DNA of 64,000 nucleotides from Planktomarina sp. (GTDB lineage: Bacteria > Pseudomonadota > Alphaproteobacteria > Rhodobacterales > Rhodobacteraceae). The notes beneath the pieces are model-generated. The model made no database searches, was not told the DNA's origin, and saw nothing but the letters and a program-made list of their open reading frames with translations. The stretch's first letter is position 1. Every line of letters starts with the position of its first letter. The position numbers and the translations under genes were made by a program. Positions 19,866-30,430 of the stretch are shown here, piece by piece. The DNA lies in assembly GCA_028822275.1 (NCBI GenBank), contig JAPKEA010000001.1, forward strand, positions 3,588 through 67,587, in the 5' to 3' direction.

Positions 19866-22049
19866 ATGTCTGATTTTACCAAAACACATGATGCTGACGG
19901 CATCGCCACAATAACTTGGGATTGCTATGAGCGCCCAATGAACGTGATGAGCGAACAGGGTTTCTTCGATCTTGACGTAATGGTCGATGACTGTCTCGCT
20001 GATGAAACAGTCAAGGGTGTCATAATCACATCTGCAAAGGCAGATTTTGCAGCGGGTATGGATCTAAGTGTGATTGCGCAAACCAAAGAAAAAAATCCAG
20101 AAAACCCCGCGCAAGGTTGCTTTGAGATGGTTACTCAAATTCATAAAATCCTTCGCAAAATTGAACTTGCTGGTATGGATTTCAAAACTAAGAAAGGCGG
20201 CAAACCTTTTGTGGCTGTCTTGCCTGGAACTGCACTAGGTATTGGTTTGGAAATTCCACTCGCGTGCCATCACATTATTGCGGCAGACAACCCCAAGGCT
20301 AAAATTGGCTTACCAGAAATAAAAGTTGGTATTTTTCCCGGTGCCGGTGGCACCACCCGCCTCGTCCGCAAATTGGGTGCAATGGGCGCCAGTGCCATTT
20401 TACTAGAAGGCAAACTAAACAACCCTTCTAAAGCAAAAGCTGCAGGCATCATTGATGCTGTTAGCATGACCCCAATGGATGATGCTAAAGCTTGGATTTT
20501 AGCGGCAAAAGATGCAGATCTGGTTAAAGTTTGGGATGCTAAGGGCTATAAAATGCCTGGAGGAACACCATATCACCCAGCCGGTTTCATGACTTTTGTT
20601 GGGGCTTCAGCCATGGTGAACGGTAATACGATGGGTGTTTATCCCGCGGCCAAGGCATTACTTAGTGCGGTTTATGAGGGCGCTTTAGTCCCGTTCGATA
20701 CTGCTCTAAAAATTGAAACACGGCACTTCACCTCCGTATTAGTTAACCCGTCTTCTTCTAACATGATCCGTAGCCTATTTATCAATAAAGGGGCGTTAGA
20801 AAAAGGCGCCGTACGGCCCACCGGACTACCAGACCAAATCACTCGTAAAGTTGGGGTCGTGGGTGCAGGCATGATGGGAGCGGGAATCGCTTTGGTTTCA
20901 GCACAGGCTGGCATTGAAGTTGTGCTGATAGACCAAAAGCAGGAAAGCGCAGACAAAGGTAAAGCCTATGTCGAAGCTTATTGCGATAAAGGAATTGCGC
21001 GTAAAAAAACTACGGTAGAGCAGAAAGAGACCTTATTAAAACATATCACTGCAACAGCTGACTATAAAACTTTGTCAGATTGCGATTTGATAATTGAAGC
21101 AGTTTTTGAAGACCCGTCAATCAAAGCTACGGTTACCAAGGCGGTAGAGGCTATTATCCCTGAAGATTGTATCTTTGCAACCAACACCTCAACCCTGCCA
21201 ATTTCCGATTTGGCAAAAGCGAGTGCGCGCCCTGAACAATTCATTGGCATACACTTTTTCAGTCCAGTTGAAAAAATGCTACTAGTCGAGATTATCAAGG
21301 GCAAAAACACTGGTGATCGTGCTGTGGCAAAAGCGTTGGATTACGTACGTCAGATCCGCAAGACACCTATTGTGGTTAACGATGCCCGTTTTTTCTATGC
21401 CAACCGCTGCATCATACCCTACATCAATGAGGGCATTCGCATGGTCAAGGAAGGCGTAGAGCCTGCATTGATTGAGAATGCTGCAAAGTTGATGGGAATG
21501 CCGCTTGGACCACTTCAACTTAATGACGAAACATCCATCGACCTTGGGGTTAAGATAGCCAAAGCTACGAAGGCTGCAATGGGTGAGGCCTATGATAACG
21601 ATGAAGCAGACGAAGTTTTGTTTTGGCTTTTTAATCAGGGCCGTTTGGGACGTAAGTCAGCGGCTGGCTTCTATGAGTATGATACTCGTGGTAAACGTGT
21701 CGGCATCTGGCAAGGGCTACGCGACCAATACACCAAGCACGGTGCAAACCTTGATTTACTTGAGGTCCAACATCGCCTGATGTTTGCTCAAACCTTAGAA
21801 GCCGTACGTGCGTTAGAGGAAGGTGTTCTGATGGATGTACGTGAAGGCGATGTGGGCGCAATACTAGGCTGGGGCTTCGCGCCTTGGACAGGTGGTCCAT
21901 TGTCATGGTTTGACATGTTGGGGGCAAGTTATGCCGCCGCACGCTGTGATGATTTAGAGGCCAGCTATGGACCACGGTTCAAAGCGCCTGATTTATTGCT
22001 TGAAATGGCAGAAGAAGGTGACGGATTTTACTCCCGTTTCGCAACATAA
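19866..22049 (+). CDS. fadJ: Fatty-acid oxidation complex alpha subunit (enoyl-CoA hydratase / 3-hydroxyacyl-CoA dehydrogenase)
   Basis: GLPEIKVGIFPGAGGT crotonase motif; GAGMMG Rossmann fold, EAVFED, HFFSPV. Confidence 0.9.
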   Translation: MSDFTKTHDADGIATITWDCYERPMNVMSEQGFFDLDVMVDDCLADETVKGVIITSAKADFAAGMDLSVIAQTKEKNPENPAQGCFEMVTQIHKILRKIELAGMDFKTKKGGKPFVAVLPGTALGIGLEIPLACHHIIAADNPKAKIGLPEIKVGIFPGAGGTTRLVRKLGAMGASAILLEGKLNNPSKAKAAGIIDAVSMTPMDDAKAWILAAKDADLVKVWDAKGYKMPGGTPYHPAGFMTFVGASAMVNGNTMGVYPAAKALLSAVYEGALVPFDTALKIETRHFTSVLVNPSSSNMIRSLFINKGALEKGAVRPTGLPDQITRKVGVVGAGMMGAGIALVSAQAGIEVVLIDQKQESADKGKAYVEAYCDKGIARKKTTVEQKETLLKHITATADYKTLSDCDLIIEAVFEDPSIKATVTKAVEAIIPEDCIFATNTSTLPISDLAKASARPEQFIGIHFFSPVEKMLLVEIIKGKNTGDRAVAKALDYVRQIRKTPIVVNDARFFYANRCIIPYINEGIRMVKEGVEPALIENAAKLMGMPLGPLQLNDETSIDLGVKIAKATKAAMGEAYDNDEADEVLFWLFNQGRLGRKSAAGFYEYDTRGKRVGIWQGLRDQYTKHGANLDLLEVQHRLMFAQTLEAVRALEEGVLMDVREGDVGAILGWGFAPWTGGPLSWFDMLGASYAAARCDDLEASYGPRFKAPDLLLEMAEEGDGFYSRFAT

Positions 22050-22106
22050 CCTAACTACTTCTCATTAGATGCGCTGCCTGCTTGGCTACGCATCTTACCA
22101 ATTTAG

Positions 22107-23012
22107 TTAAACAGTCGGTGACGTACGAGATCTTATGGTTATTAGAATACCAGTGCCAATAATAATTCCAATCCCACATAAGCCCACGATCCCTAGCATT
22201 TCACCAAAGAGTAACCAGGCTGTAATGCTGGCGAAAATAAGCATCGAGTATTCGAAGATTGAGACATATGTAACTTCTCCAATGAGGTAAGCCTTCATTA
22301 TAAAGCCCAAACCAACAAGCGAAAAAATAGCTTGGATAATTATCCAAATCCAGACCTGAAAGGAGGGCCAAACCCAGGCTCGAGTTAGATAGTTGTTCTG
22401 ATCACCTGGAATGAAATAAAAATATAGAATACCGATACCACCAAAAATTAGCATAAGGAACATATAGGACCATAAGAGTGCAACAGCACTTTCACCCTCA
22501 CACCATTTACGCGTAGCCACGTTTCCAAACGCATACATCAGTCCTGCGATCACGGGGATAAGGTTAGCCCAACTCAATCCACCAACCTCAGGGTTCAGCA
22601 CCATAAGTGTTCCCACAAACCCAGCAAGGGCGGTCATTAGCCTTATTGGACCAATAGCCCTCCGAGACCATACAGCATCAATTAACATTACCAACACAGG
22701 CGCGGTAAACAGCCCTGCCGCTACAGCTGAGATCGGGAAGAAGCCCAAACTGCCAAAATAGATAAACATTGCACTAGCTAAAAACATATTCCGTCCAAGA
22801 ACCGGCCAGATGCGTTTGGGCTTCAACTTCCAACCCACGGCCAGCCCAAAAAGAACGATTACAGGTACTGCTATTAAACTACGTAAAAAGTGAAATTGCC
22901 AAAGGCCAATTTCGATAGCAATAAATTTTACAAAATTGTCGATGACACCAACAATTGCCATTCCGGTCACCATTAACAAAATTGATGCAAATGTTTTTGA
23001 TTTTTCATCCAT
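22107..23012 (-). CDS. DMT/EamA family transporter
   Basis: Multi-TM; WQFHFLRS, GLFTAP, SIFEYS; start set at MDEKSK. Confidence 0.85.
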   Translation of the reverse strand: MDEKSKTFASILLMVTGMAIVGVIDNFVKFIAIEIGLWQFHFLRSLIAVPVIVLFGLAVGWKLKPKRIWPVLGRNMFLASAMFIYFGSLGFFPISAVAAGLFTAPVLVMLIDAVWSRRAIGPIRLMTALAGFVGTLMVLNPEVGGLSWANLIPVIAGLMYAFGNVATRKWCEGESAVALLWSYMFLMLIFGGIGILYFYFIPGDQNNYLTRAWVWPSFQVWIWIIIQAIFSLVGLGFIMKAYLIGEVTYVSIFEYSMLIFASITAWLLFGEMLGIVGLCGIGIIIGTGILITIRSRTSPTV

Positions 23013-23082
23013 TTCCAATGAATGGCCTCTTGAAAACATTCGCGCAAGCACGATAGTGCCAATCAAATGGGAGGAATGCGAC

Positions 23083-24708
23083 ATGGGCTGGATGACAGAC
23101 GAAAGCGGTTTAAATAAGTGCGAAGCAAATTATGTACCCCTTACACCCCTATCTCATATACAGCGGGCAGCTTCAGTTTTTGCAGAGCACACTGCAGTTG
23201 TTTACGGCTCACATCGCGTAACCTATCGTGAATATCATGCCCGAGTAAGCAAATTAGCCAGCTCTCTAACCAAACTGGGTGTCATGCCAGGCGACGTTGT
23301 TGCAACGCTCATTCCAAATATAACTGCTCAAATAGAGGCAAGCTTCGGTGTCCCGGCATGTGGCGCAGTTCTAAACACTATTAATACCAGGCTCGATGCA
23401 GATACGATTGCCTATATTTTTGATCATGGTGGCGCAAAAATAGCCATGGTCGATACACAGTTTCTACCAGAAGTTGAAGCAGCTCTTAATCGCATGGACG
23501 GCACACCACCTCGGATCATCGAAATTGCTGATGCTGAGGCTGGATTTCAAGCTACCGGTAATTATCCAGAGTATGAAGATTTCATCAAAAATGGAGATCC
23601 AAATTATTCTTGGATAATGCCCCACGATGAATGGGAAAGCCTAGCTCTCAATTATACCTCCGGCACCACCGGCAGGCCAAAAGGTGTCGTGTACCATCAC
23701 CGTGGAGCGTATTTAATGACAATGGGCACGCCGATAAGCTGGCATATGACGTTAAACCCAGTGTTTATGGCCATAGTCCCTCTTTTTCATTGCAATGGTT
23801 GGAACCACACATGGATGATGCCCCTGTTGGGCGGCACAGTTGTAGGCTGTCGCGATATATCTGCAAAGGTTATTTATGATGGTATCGCAGATGAGGGCGT
23901 AAGTCATTTCGGCGGCGCTCCCATTGTTTTGAATTTGATTGTAAATGCTATTGAAAGTGATCGCCGCTCGTTTGAGCACACCGTTGAAGTTTTCACGGCC
24001 GGCGCCCCACCAGCACCCGCAACATTGGCTGGAATTGGTAAGCTTGGCTTCAATGTCACGCAAGTTTACGGCCTGACCGAAACATACGGGCATGTTGTGG
24101 AATGCCTTTGGAACTCGGCATGGGACGACTTGGAAGAAGACGAGAAATCTGCGATCAAAGCACGTCAAGGTATTGCAATGCCAATGATGGATATGACCAC
24201 AGTCGTTGATGAAAGAGGTGTCCAAATTCCGATGGATGGATCAACACAGGGTGAAATAGTAATGCGCGGTAACTCCGTTATGAAGGGCTATTACAAAAAC
24301 CCCTCAGCCACGGAAAAAGCATTTTCAGGCGGCTACTTCCATTCTGAAGACATTGCCATCCAACATCCCAACGGGATGATGCAAATAGCTGATCGCATGA
24401 AAGATATCATTATTTCAGGTGGTGAAAATATCTCAAGCATCGAGGTAGAAGGCGCTATAATGGCCCATCCCGCAGTCAGCCTCTGCGCAGTAGTGGCCAA
24501 GCCAGATGACAAGTGGGGTGAGGTGCCTTGCGCGTTTGTTGAGCTTTTGCCGGATCATACCTCATCCGAAGGTGAAATAATTTCCTTTGTGCGGGGTAGC
24601 CTAGCCAGTTTCAAAACACCAAAACGGGTTTTGTTCCAAGATTTACCCAAGACCTCTACTGGCAAAATTCAGAAATTTGAACTCCGCGTCATTGCAAAAG
24701 ACACTTAG
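23083..24708 (+). CDS. Acyl-CoA synthetase (ANYVPLTPL subfamily, DmdB1-like)
   Basis: YTSGTTGRPKG, YGLTET, SGGENISS, PKTSTGKIQK; start at MGWMTD after GGGAGG. Confidence 0.9.
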   Translation: MGWMTDESGLNKCEANYVPLTPLSHIQRAASVFAEHTAVVYGSHRVTYREYHARVSKLASSLTKLGVMPGDVVATLIPNITAQIEASFGVPACGAVLNTINTRLDADTIAYIFDHGGAKIAMVDTQFLPEVEAALNRMDGTPPRIIEIADAEAGFQATGNYPEYEDFIKNGDPNYSWIMPHDEWESLALNYTSGTTGRPKGVVYHHRGAYLMTMGTPISWHMTLNPVFMAIVPLFHCNGWNHTWMMPLLGGTVVGCRDISAKVIYDGIADEGVSHFGGAPIVLNLIVNAIESDRRSFEHTVEVFTAGAPPAPATLAGIGKLGFNVTQVYGLTETYGHVVECLWNSAWDDLEEDEKSAIKARQGIAMPMMDMTTVVDERGVQIPMDGSTQGEIVMRGNSVMKGYYKNPSATEKAFSGGYFHSEDIAIQHPNGMMQIADRMKDIIISGGENISSIEVEGAIMAHPAVSLCAVVAKPDDKWGEVPCAFVELLPDHTSSEGEIISFVRGSLASFKTPKRVLFQDLPKTSTGKIQKFELRVIAKDT

Positions 24709-24800
24709 GGATATTATCTAATTTTCCCCTCGAGATTGGAAGCCGTTGCGGTTATAATCTATTGCGCCTACTCTGTTCAAAAGAGGCAGGGCAGGCCTAA

Positions 24801-25823
24801 ATGACAGCACTTAAAATATACGAACGACTTGAATGTACTGGGCTATGGCGCCTTGATCGAGAGACACAACGACGTGAAGTTGTAGTCTCATTTGGACAGG
24901 CAAGTCTTGTTCTAACGAATATACAAAATAAACCTCTAACACACTGGTCACTAGCTGCGATTGAGATTCATAAAGGCGAGGCAGGACAAACAATATTAAA
25001 ACCAGGCGAGGATTCAAACGAAACCCTCGAGATTTCTGACAAGATAATGCTTGATGCTATATCCCAAGTTCAAAAAGCAATCTTAAAAAACCATCCACAC
25101 CCCGGCAGGCTTAGGAAAATCTTAACAATTACATTTCTGTCTTTATTAGCATTAATCGGAGTATTTTGGGCACCCCAAGCCATTGAGCGTTATGCTGTAA
25201 AAATGCTTCCTCAAATCAAACGCGCTGAATTAGGTCAGGCGATCGCTGATCAGATTGGGAATATTGCAGGCCCATTTTGTCAGGGACCGGACGGCACCAC
25301 GGCCGCAGCACAATTAGCGACGCGACTTAGTACTGGAGAACCTTTAAAGTTTTTAATTTTACCAGGTCATAGAGACAAGGTAGTGACCTTGCCAGGCGGT
25401 ATCGTTATCTTATTCGAAACTATGATGACGCAGACTAATGATCCAAAAGTGCTAGTTGGCAAAATCTTATCCGCGCGTGCCGAAGAAACCCGAAACGACC
25501 CCCTGAACCGATTGATGTCTGATGCGGGACCCTTAACCGCACTGAGGTTAATTGCGTCAAGTGCGCTTTCTGGAAAACAGCTTAACGAGCTCGCCAAAAT
25601 TGCTTTATCATCCACTAAAATACAAATTACTGCTGAAGAATTACTCGCGGAATTTAAGTCCGTGGAGGTTAACTCTACCCCATATGCCAAGTCAGAGCTC
25701 AAAGATGATGATCCAACTCGTCTGGAATTGATTGCCCAGGACCCCTATCCGGCAGGTGCCACAAGAATTGTACTAGAGGATGGAGCATGGTTGGTACTGC
25801 AATCAATATGCACTGATTTGTAA
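24801..25823 (+). CDS. Membrane-anchored protein with degenerate M48-peptidase-like domain
   Basis: Single TM; LPGGIVILF...LVGKILSARAEE...NDP parallels M48 LPGG...LAHExxH...DP but lacks HExxH. Confidence 0.6.
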   Translation: MTALKIYERLECTGLWRLDRETQRREVVVSFGQASLVLTNIQNKPLTHWSLAAIEIHKGEAGQTILKPGEDSNETLEISDKIMLDAISQVQKAILKNHPHPGRLRKILTITFLSLLALIGVFWAPQAIERYAVKMLPQIKRAELGQAIADQIGNIAGPFCQGPDGTTAAAQLATRLSTGEPLKFLILPGHRDKVVTLPGGIVILFETMMTQTNDPKVLVGKILSARAEETRNDPLNRLMSDAGPLTALRLIASSALSGKQLNELAKIALSSTKIQITAEELLAEFKSVEVNSTPYAKSELKDDDPTRLELIAQDPYPAGATRIVLEDGAWLVLQSICTDL

Positions 25824-25861
25824 AAAGTCGTAACACTTATTGGTTCTAGATAGGTATCCAT

Positions 25862-26488
25862 TTATTTAGTCCCAAACATCCGGTCGCCCGCATCTCCTAG
25901 ACCCGGTAAAATGTAACCAATATCACTCAGCTTTTCGTCGACAGCAGCTGTTACAATATCGACATCTGGGTGGGCGTCTTGCATCCGTGCGATCCCCTCA
26001 GGGGCTGCCAGCAGGCATAAAAATTTTATGTCGTGCGCTCCAGCCTGCTTTAGCAAATCAATAGCAGCAACACTCGAGTTTCCAGTCGCAAGCATTGGGT
26101 CAACGGCAATTACCACTCTCTCAGACATATTGTCCGGAACTTTGAAATAATACTGAACTGGTTGAAGCGTTTCCTCATCACGGTAAAGGCCAACAAAGCC
26201 CACTCGTGCCGAAGGAATCAGCTCAAGCACCCCATCTAGAAGACCATTCCCTGCTCTTAATATTGAAATCAAAGCAAGTTTCTTCCCAGCCAAAACAGGG
26301 GCCTTCATCTCCATCATCGGCGTTTCAATTGAGCGATACTCGGTAGGTAAATCACGGGTGACTTCATATGCTATGAGATGGCTTATTTCACGCAGTAGTT
26401 GGCGAAATTGGTTGGTCGGCGTGGCCTTATCGCGCATCAAAGTCAACTTATGCTGCACAAGCGGATGTTCAACAACAGTTAGGGTCAT
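25862..26488 (-). CDS. upp: Uracil phosphoribosyltransferase
   Basis: [29 protein letters not shown]. Confidence 0.97.
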   Translation of the reverse strand: MTLTVVEHPLVQHKLTLMRDKATPTNQFRQLLREISHLIAYEVTRDLPTEYRSIETPMMEMKAPVLAGKKLALISILRAGNGLLDGVLELIPSARVGFVGLYRDEETLQPVQYYFKVPDNMSERVVIAVDPMLATGNSSVAAIDLLKQAGAHDIKFLCLLAAPEGIARMQDAHPDVDIVTAAVDEKLSDIGYILPGLGDAGDRMFGTK

Positions 26489-27456
26489 TAGGTGTCCAAT
26501 CTTTTTGAAATAATTTCTTTTGTAGCTGCATCACAAAATGCAGCCTCCAGTGCCGTCTGGTTTAGCCTCTTGAAATCGTCACTTCCCCATCCAAATGCCC
26601 GTTCAAGTTCGTCGAACTCACGTGTCATTGTGGTATGGAAAAACGGTGGGTCATCCGTGCTCACTGTCACCTTCACGCCTGCGTCTCGCAGTTTGGCTAT
26701 AGGGTGCTCAGCAAAACTAGGAAACACACCTAGCGCAACATTTGAACCAGGATTAACTTCTAAAACAATACCAGTTTCAGCCAAATAACGTACCAAATTG
26801 AGATCATTGATTGAGTGGACACCGTGTCCAATACGCTGAACTTTAAGGTCGTTGACTGTCTCCCAAACTGACTGAGAGCCGCCCCACTCTCCAGCGTGGC
26901 TGGTTAGACGCAGGCCGGCTTCGCGGGCTATGTCGAATGCATAAGCGAAGTCGGTGGCCCGACCAACATCTTCAGCACCGGCCATACCAAAACCAACAAT
27001 CCAATCGCTAGCTGTTTCCGCTGCACATTTCGCAGTTTCTCGTGCTTTTTCAGGACCAAAGTGCCGAATGCAAGTGACTATACCTTTTAGCGTAACACCC
27101 TCAACATGCGCCTCTTGCATTGCTGCCAAATATTCACGCCAAGCGCCTAAGTCCCGTCCACCACAAAAATCAGGGGAAATAAAAGCTTCAGCATATACAA
27201 CATTGTGCTCTGCCAAATTCTCCAAAACAGATTGGGTCAGGCGCTTGAAATCATTGGGCGATTGCAGCGCCTGCGTGGCGGCTTCATATGTAGATAGGAA
27301 CTCTCCAAAGCCATCGTATTTATAATTCCCATTCTCATCAAATATCTTCTGGAGATCAACCGATTTTTCTTTGGCTAAACCGCGAATAAACGCCGGGTCT
27401 GCTGCGCCCTCAAGGTGCAAATGCAACTCGATTTTAGGAAATGATTTCCAGCTCAT
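26488..27456 (-). CDS. add: Adenosine deaminase
   Basis: [22 protein letters not shown]. Confidence 0.9.
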   Translation of the reverse strand: MSWKSFPKIELHLHLEGAADPAFIRGLAKEKSVDLQKIFDENGNYKYDGFGEFLSTYEAATQALQSPNDFKRLTQSVLENLAEHNVVYAEAFISPDFCGGRDLGAWREYLAAMQEAHVEGVTLKGIVTCIRHFGPEKARETAKCAAETASDWIVGFGMAGAEDVGRATDFAYAFDIAREAGLRLTSHAGEWGGSQSVWETVNDLKVQRIGHGVHSINDLNLVRYLAETGIVLEVNPGSNVALGVFPSFAEHPIAKLRDAGVKVTVSTDDPPFFHTTMTREFDELERAFGWGSDDFKRLNQTALEAAFCDAATKEIISKRLDT

Positions 27457-28625
27457 AAGAAACTCCTACCTAGGCCATGTGCGGTCACTTCCAAATGTGC
27501 AGCAACACTTGCGGCGACATCGATAAATTGAATGTTACCTATTGCCCGTAACCTAGGTTCAAAATTTTCACAATGCACCAAAACAGGTACTTGTTCACGG
27601 GTATGATCACTACCTTTCCATGTTGGATCATTTCCATGATCTGCAGTAAAAATTACCAAATCATCAGGTTCAGTTTTCCCAAGAATTAAACCAATCTCAG
27701 CATCAAACCACTCAAGCGCCCTTGCGTACCCTTCGACATCCCGGCGGTGCCCGTACAAGGAATCAAACTCAACAAAATTTGCAAACGTGAGGCTGCCCAC
27801 GGGTGCGTTTTCAACTTCGTCTGCCAGATACTGCATCAGCTGCGCGTCCGTCCCTTTGCGGCACCGGCTAATCCCACGCATAGAAAAAATATCACCTATT
27901 TTACCAACCGCGTGTACTGCATGCCCGGCGTCGAACACCCAATCACAAAGGGTTGGGGAGGGTGGATCTATGGCAAAGTCCCGTCGGTTTTGCGTACGTG
28001 TAAAACCAGCAGCCTCATCACCAATGAAAGGCCTTGCAATCACCCGTCCAACCCGCATTTTATGCAAAATGGCGGCAACTTTCTTACAAAGATCATATAA
28101 TTTTTGCAGCCCAAAATGTTCCTCATGGGCTGCAATCTGAAAGACACTATCAGCAGATGTATAGCAAATTGGGAGACCTGAGCAAATATGCTCAGCTCCA
28201 AATTTCTCAAGCACTGGTATGCCAGAAGCATGACAGTTTGCCAAACTTCCACCCGCTAAGTCGGTGATGGCACTCATCACCACTTGTGGAAATATAGGGA
28301 CTGTTTTTGGAAAAAAATGCCAATCCCAGGGGACAGGAACACCCGCCAACTCCCAGTGTCCAGAGGGTGTATCTTTACCATTTGATACTTCGGTTGCTGA
28401 AGCCCAGCACGCATCCGCTGGTGTCTCCCATGGAGAACTCATTCCACTGGCGTTTTCCAAAGCTGCCCCTAAACCCAAGCGAGCAAGATTGGGCACCTTC
28501 AAATCGCCACCTCGAGCTTTGATGACGTGACCCAGTGTATTTGCTCCAAGATCGCCAAACTTTTCAGCATCTGGTGCACCACCGCAGCCAAGCGAATCTA
28601 AAACAATCAAAAATGCGCGGCTCAT
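27453..28625 (-). CDS. deoB: Phosphopentomutase
   Basis: VLDSLG, GKDTPSGHWE, YTSADSV, YGHRRD, TADHGNDP, HTRE. Confidence 0.96.
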   Translation of the reverse strand: MSRAFLIVLDSLGCGGAPDAEKFGDLGANTLGHVIKARGGDLKVPNLARLGLGAALENASGMSSPWETPADACWASATEVSNGKDTPSGHWELAGVPVPWDWHFFPKTVPIFPQVVMSAITDLAGGSLANCHASGIPVLEKFGAEHICSGLPICYTSADSVFQIAAHEEHFGLQKLYDLCKKVAAILHKMRVGRVIARPFIGDEAAGFTRTQNRRDFAIDPPSPTLCDWVFDAGHAVHAVGKIGDIFSMRGISRCRKGTDAQLMQYLADEVENAPVGSLTFANFVEFDSLYGHRRDVEGYARALEWFDAEIGLILGKTEPDDLVIFTADHGNDPTWKGSDHTREQVPVLVHCENFEPRLRAIGNIQFIDVAASVAAHLEVTAHGLGRSFL

Positions 28626-29923
28626 GGGGCAATCCGTTCCAAAATCAAAGGACGGAGTGTTGGGGCTTCTGCGCCTAATACTATGGCATTTTGAACTGCT
28701 TTGGTAATTTTTGGTCCGATTGTTTTTTCAGAACAATGGAGCAGTGCAATCGGTTGGCCTTTTTTCATCTTTTTCCCAAGAGGTGCGATCTCAGAAAGTC
28801 CAACAGAATGATCTATTTGGTCGTCTTCACGTTGGCGTCCACCACCAAGCTCGACAACAATCTGACCCAATGCCGTGCCATCTATTTCTTGGATATACCC
28901 GTCATCAGTGGCCAGAACTTCATTTGACGGTGCTATTGTTAGGTAATCTTCCCAGCGATCAGCAAAGTTTGCAGGCCCTTTTTGGGCAGCTACCATCTCG
29001 CCAAATTTAGCCTTTGCACTGCCATCTGTTAGGGTTTTTATCATTTGGTCGCGTGCACCTTTTTCGGTATGAAAAAAATGGGCCTGGACCAAAAGCTGAG
29101 TGCCCAGCTCTATCGCTACATCCACCATTCCGCCATTGGCACTTTCGAATGCACGCATCACATCTGCAACCTCGACGGCATTACCGATGCTTGGTAAGAG
29201 CGGTTGGTTCATATCCGTGATAAGCGCACTCGTCGGGCAGCCAGCTCCATTGGCTGTTTTGACCAAGGCATGCGCCAGAACAATGGCCTCTTGCAAATCT
29301 TGCATCACAGCCCCAGATCCAGTTTTAACATCAAGAACTAAAGCTTGAAGACCTGCAGCAAGCTTTTTCGACAAAATAGATGAGGTAATCAAATCTAGAG
29401 ATCGCACCGTACCTGTTACATCACGTACGGCGTATAATCTTTGGTCCGCCGGTGCGATAGTTGCAGATGGTGCCACAATTGCACAGCCAACTTTGGCCAC
29501 TATTGCTTTAAATTGCTTTACAGAAAACTCAGTTTGAAAACCTGGAATAGCTTCCAGCTTATCAAGGGTACCACCAGTGTGTCCAAGCCCACGCCCTGAG
29601 ATCATCGGAACAAAGGCGCCTGCCGCCGCCAGCATAGGCGCTAGTAACAGGGAAACGGCATCACCTACGCCTCCAGTAGAATGTTTATCAATAACTTTTC
29701 CAGGAAGATCCCATTGCAAAACTTCTCCACTGTCTCGCATGCCCAAAGTTAATGCCACGCGCGCCTCATCAGTCAATCCGTGCTGACAGACCGCCATCGC
29801 AAAAGCACCGGCTTGTGCATCACTCACAGCTTCACTTCCCAAGCCTTTGGCAAAAGTATTCACAGCATCCCGAGAAACAATGTGGCCTTCACGCAGGGCA
29901 AGCAGCAGATCACGGGCTTGCAT
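28622..29923 (-). CDS. deoA: Thymidine phosphorylase
   Basis: DKHSTGGVGD, SGRGLGHTGGTLDKLE, SILSKK. Confidence 0.95.
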   Translation of the reverse strand: MQARDLLLALREGHIVSRDAVNTFAKGLGSEAVSDAQAGAFAMAVCQHGLTDEARVALTLGMRDSGEVLQWDLPGKVIDKHSTGGVGDAVSLLLAPMLAAAGAFVPMISGRGLGHTGGTLDKLEAIPGFQTEFSVKQFKAIVAKVGCAIVAPSATIAPADQRLYAVRDVTGTVRSLDLITSSILSKKLAAGLQALVLDVKTGSGAVMQDLQEAIVLAHALVKTANGAGCPTSALITDMNQPLLPSIGNAVEVADVMRAFESANGGMVDVAIELGTQLLVQAHFFHTEKGARDQMIKTLTDGSAKAKFGEMVAAQKGPANFADRWEDYLTIAPSNEVLATDDGYIQEIDGTALGQIVVELGGGRQREDDQIDHSVGLSEIAPLGKKMKKGQPIALLHCSEKTIGPKITKAVQNAIVLGAEAPTLRPLILERIAP

Positions 29924-30339
29924 TAGCTATCAGAAACCGTAACACCGGCTTCAAGATACGCGAGGCTAAAAGCACCTGGTAAAAGTGCAGACACCGTCAT
30001 CACATCTTGTCCACCCCCAGCTGCAACCATGGTGACTGCGACATCTCCACTGGCAAATTCAGAAAGCTTCTGGCGGCAGCCACCACAAGGAGGAACTGGT
30101 CGATCTCCGCCTGCGATAACAGCAACCTCCGAAATTTCATACTCCCCAGCAGCGCACATCGCCGCAATAGCTCCTGCCTCGGCACAAGTTCCTTCTGGGT
30201 AAGCCGCGTTTTCAACATTGCAGCCCACGTATATCGCACCACTCGCTGTACGAATTGCAGCGCCCACATAAAATTTAGAATACGGGGCATATGCTTTTTC
30301 GCGCACGTCAGTGGCGGCTTTGATTAGGTTTTTGCTCAT
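29923..30339 (-). CDS. cdd: Cytidine deaminase
   Basis: AYAPYSKF, NVENAAY, CAE, PCGGCRQ. Confidence 0.95.
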   Translation of the reverse strand: MSKNLIKAATDVREKAYAPYSKFYVGAAIRTASGAIYVGCNVENAAYPEGTCAEAGAIAAMCAAGEYEISEVAVIAGGDRPVPPCGGCRQKLSEFASGDVAVTMVAAGGGQDVMTVSALLPGAFSLAYLEAGVTVSDS

Positions 30340-30430
30340 TCCTTTACTTTGAACCATTTAGTAAAATACGCAAGTAATAGCAGCTAAAAATGTCCATTTT
30401 TGGAAATACTAACAAGTCACAGGGTGAGGA

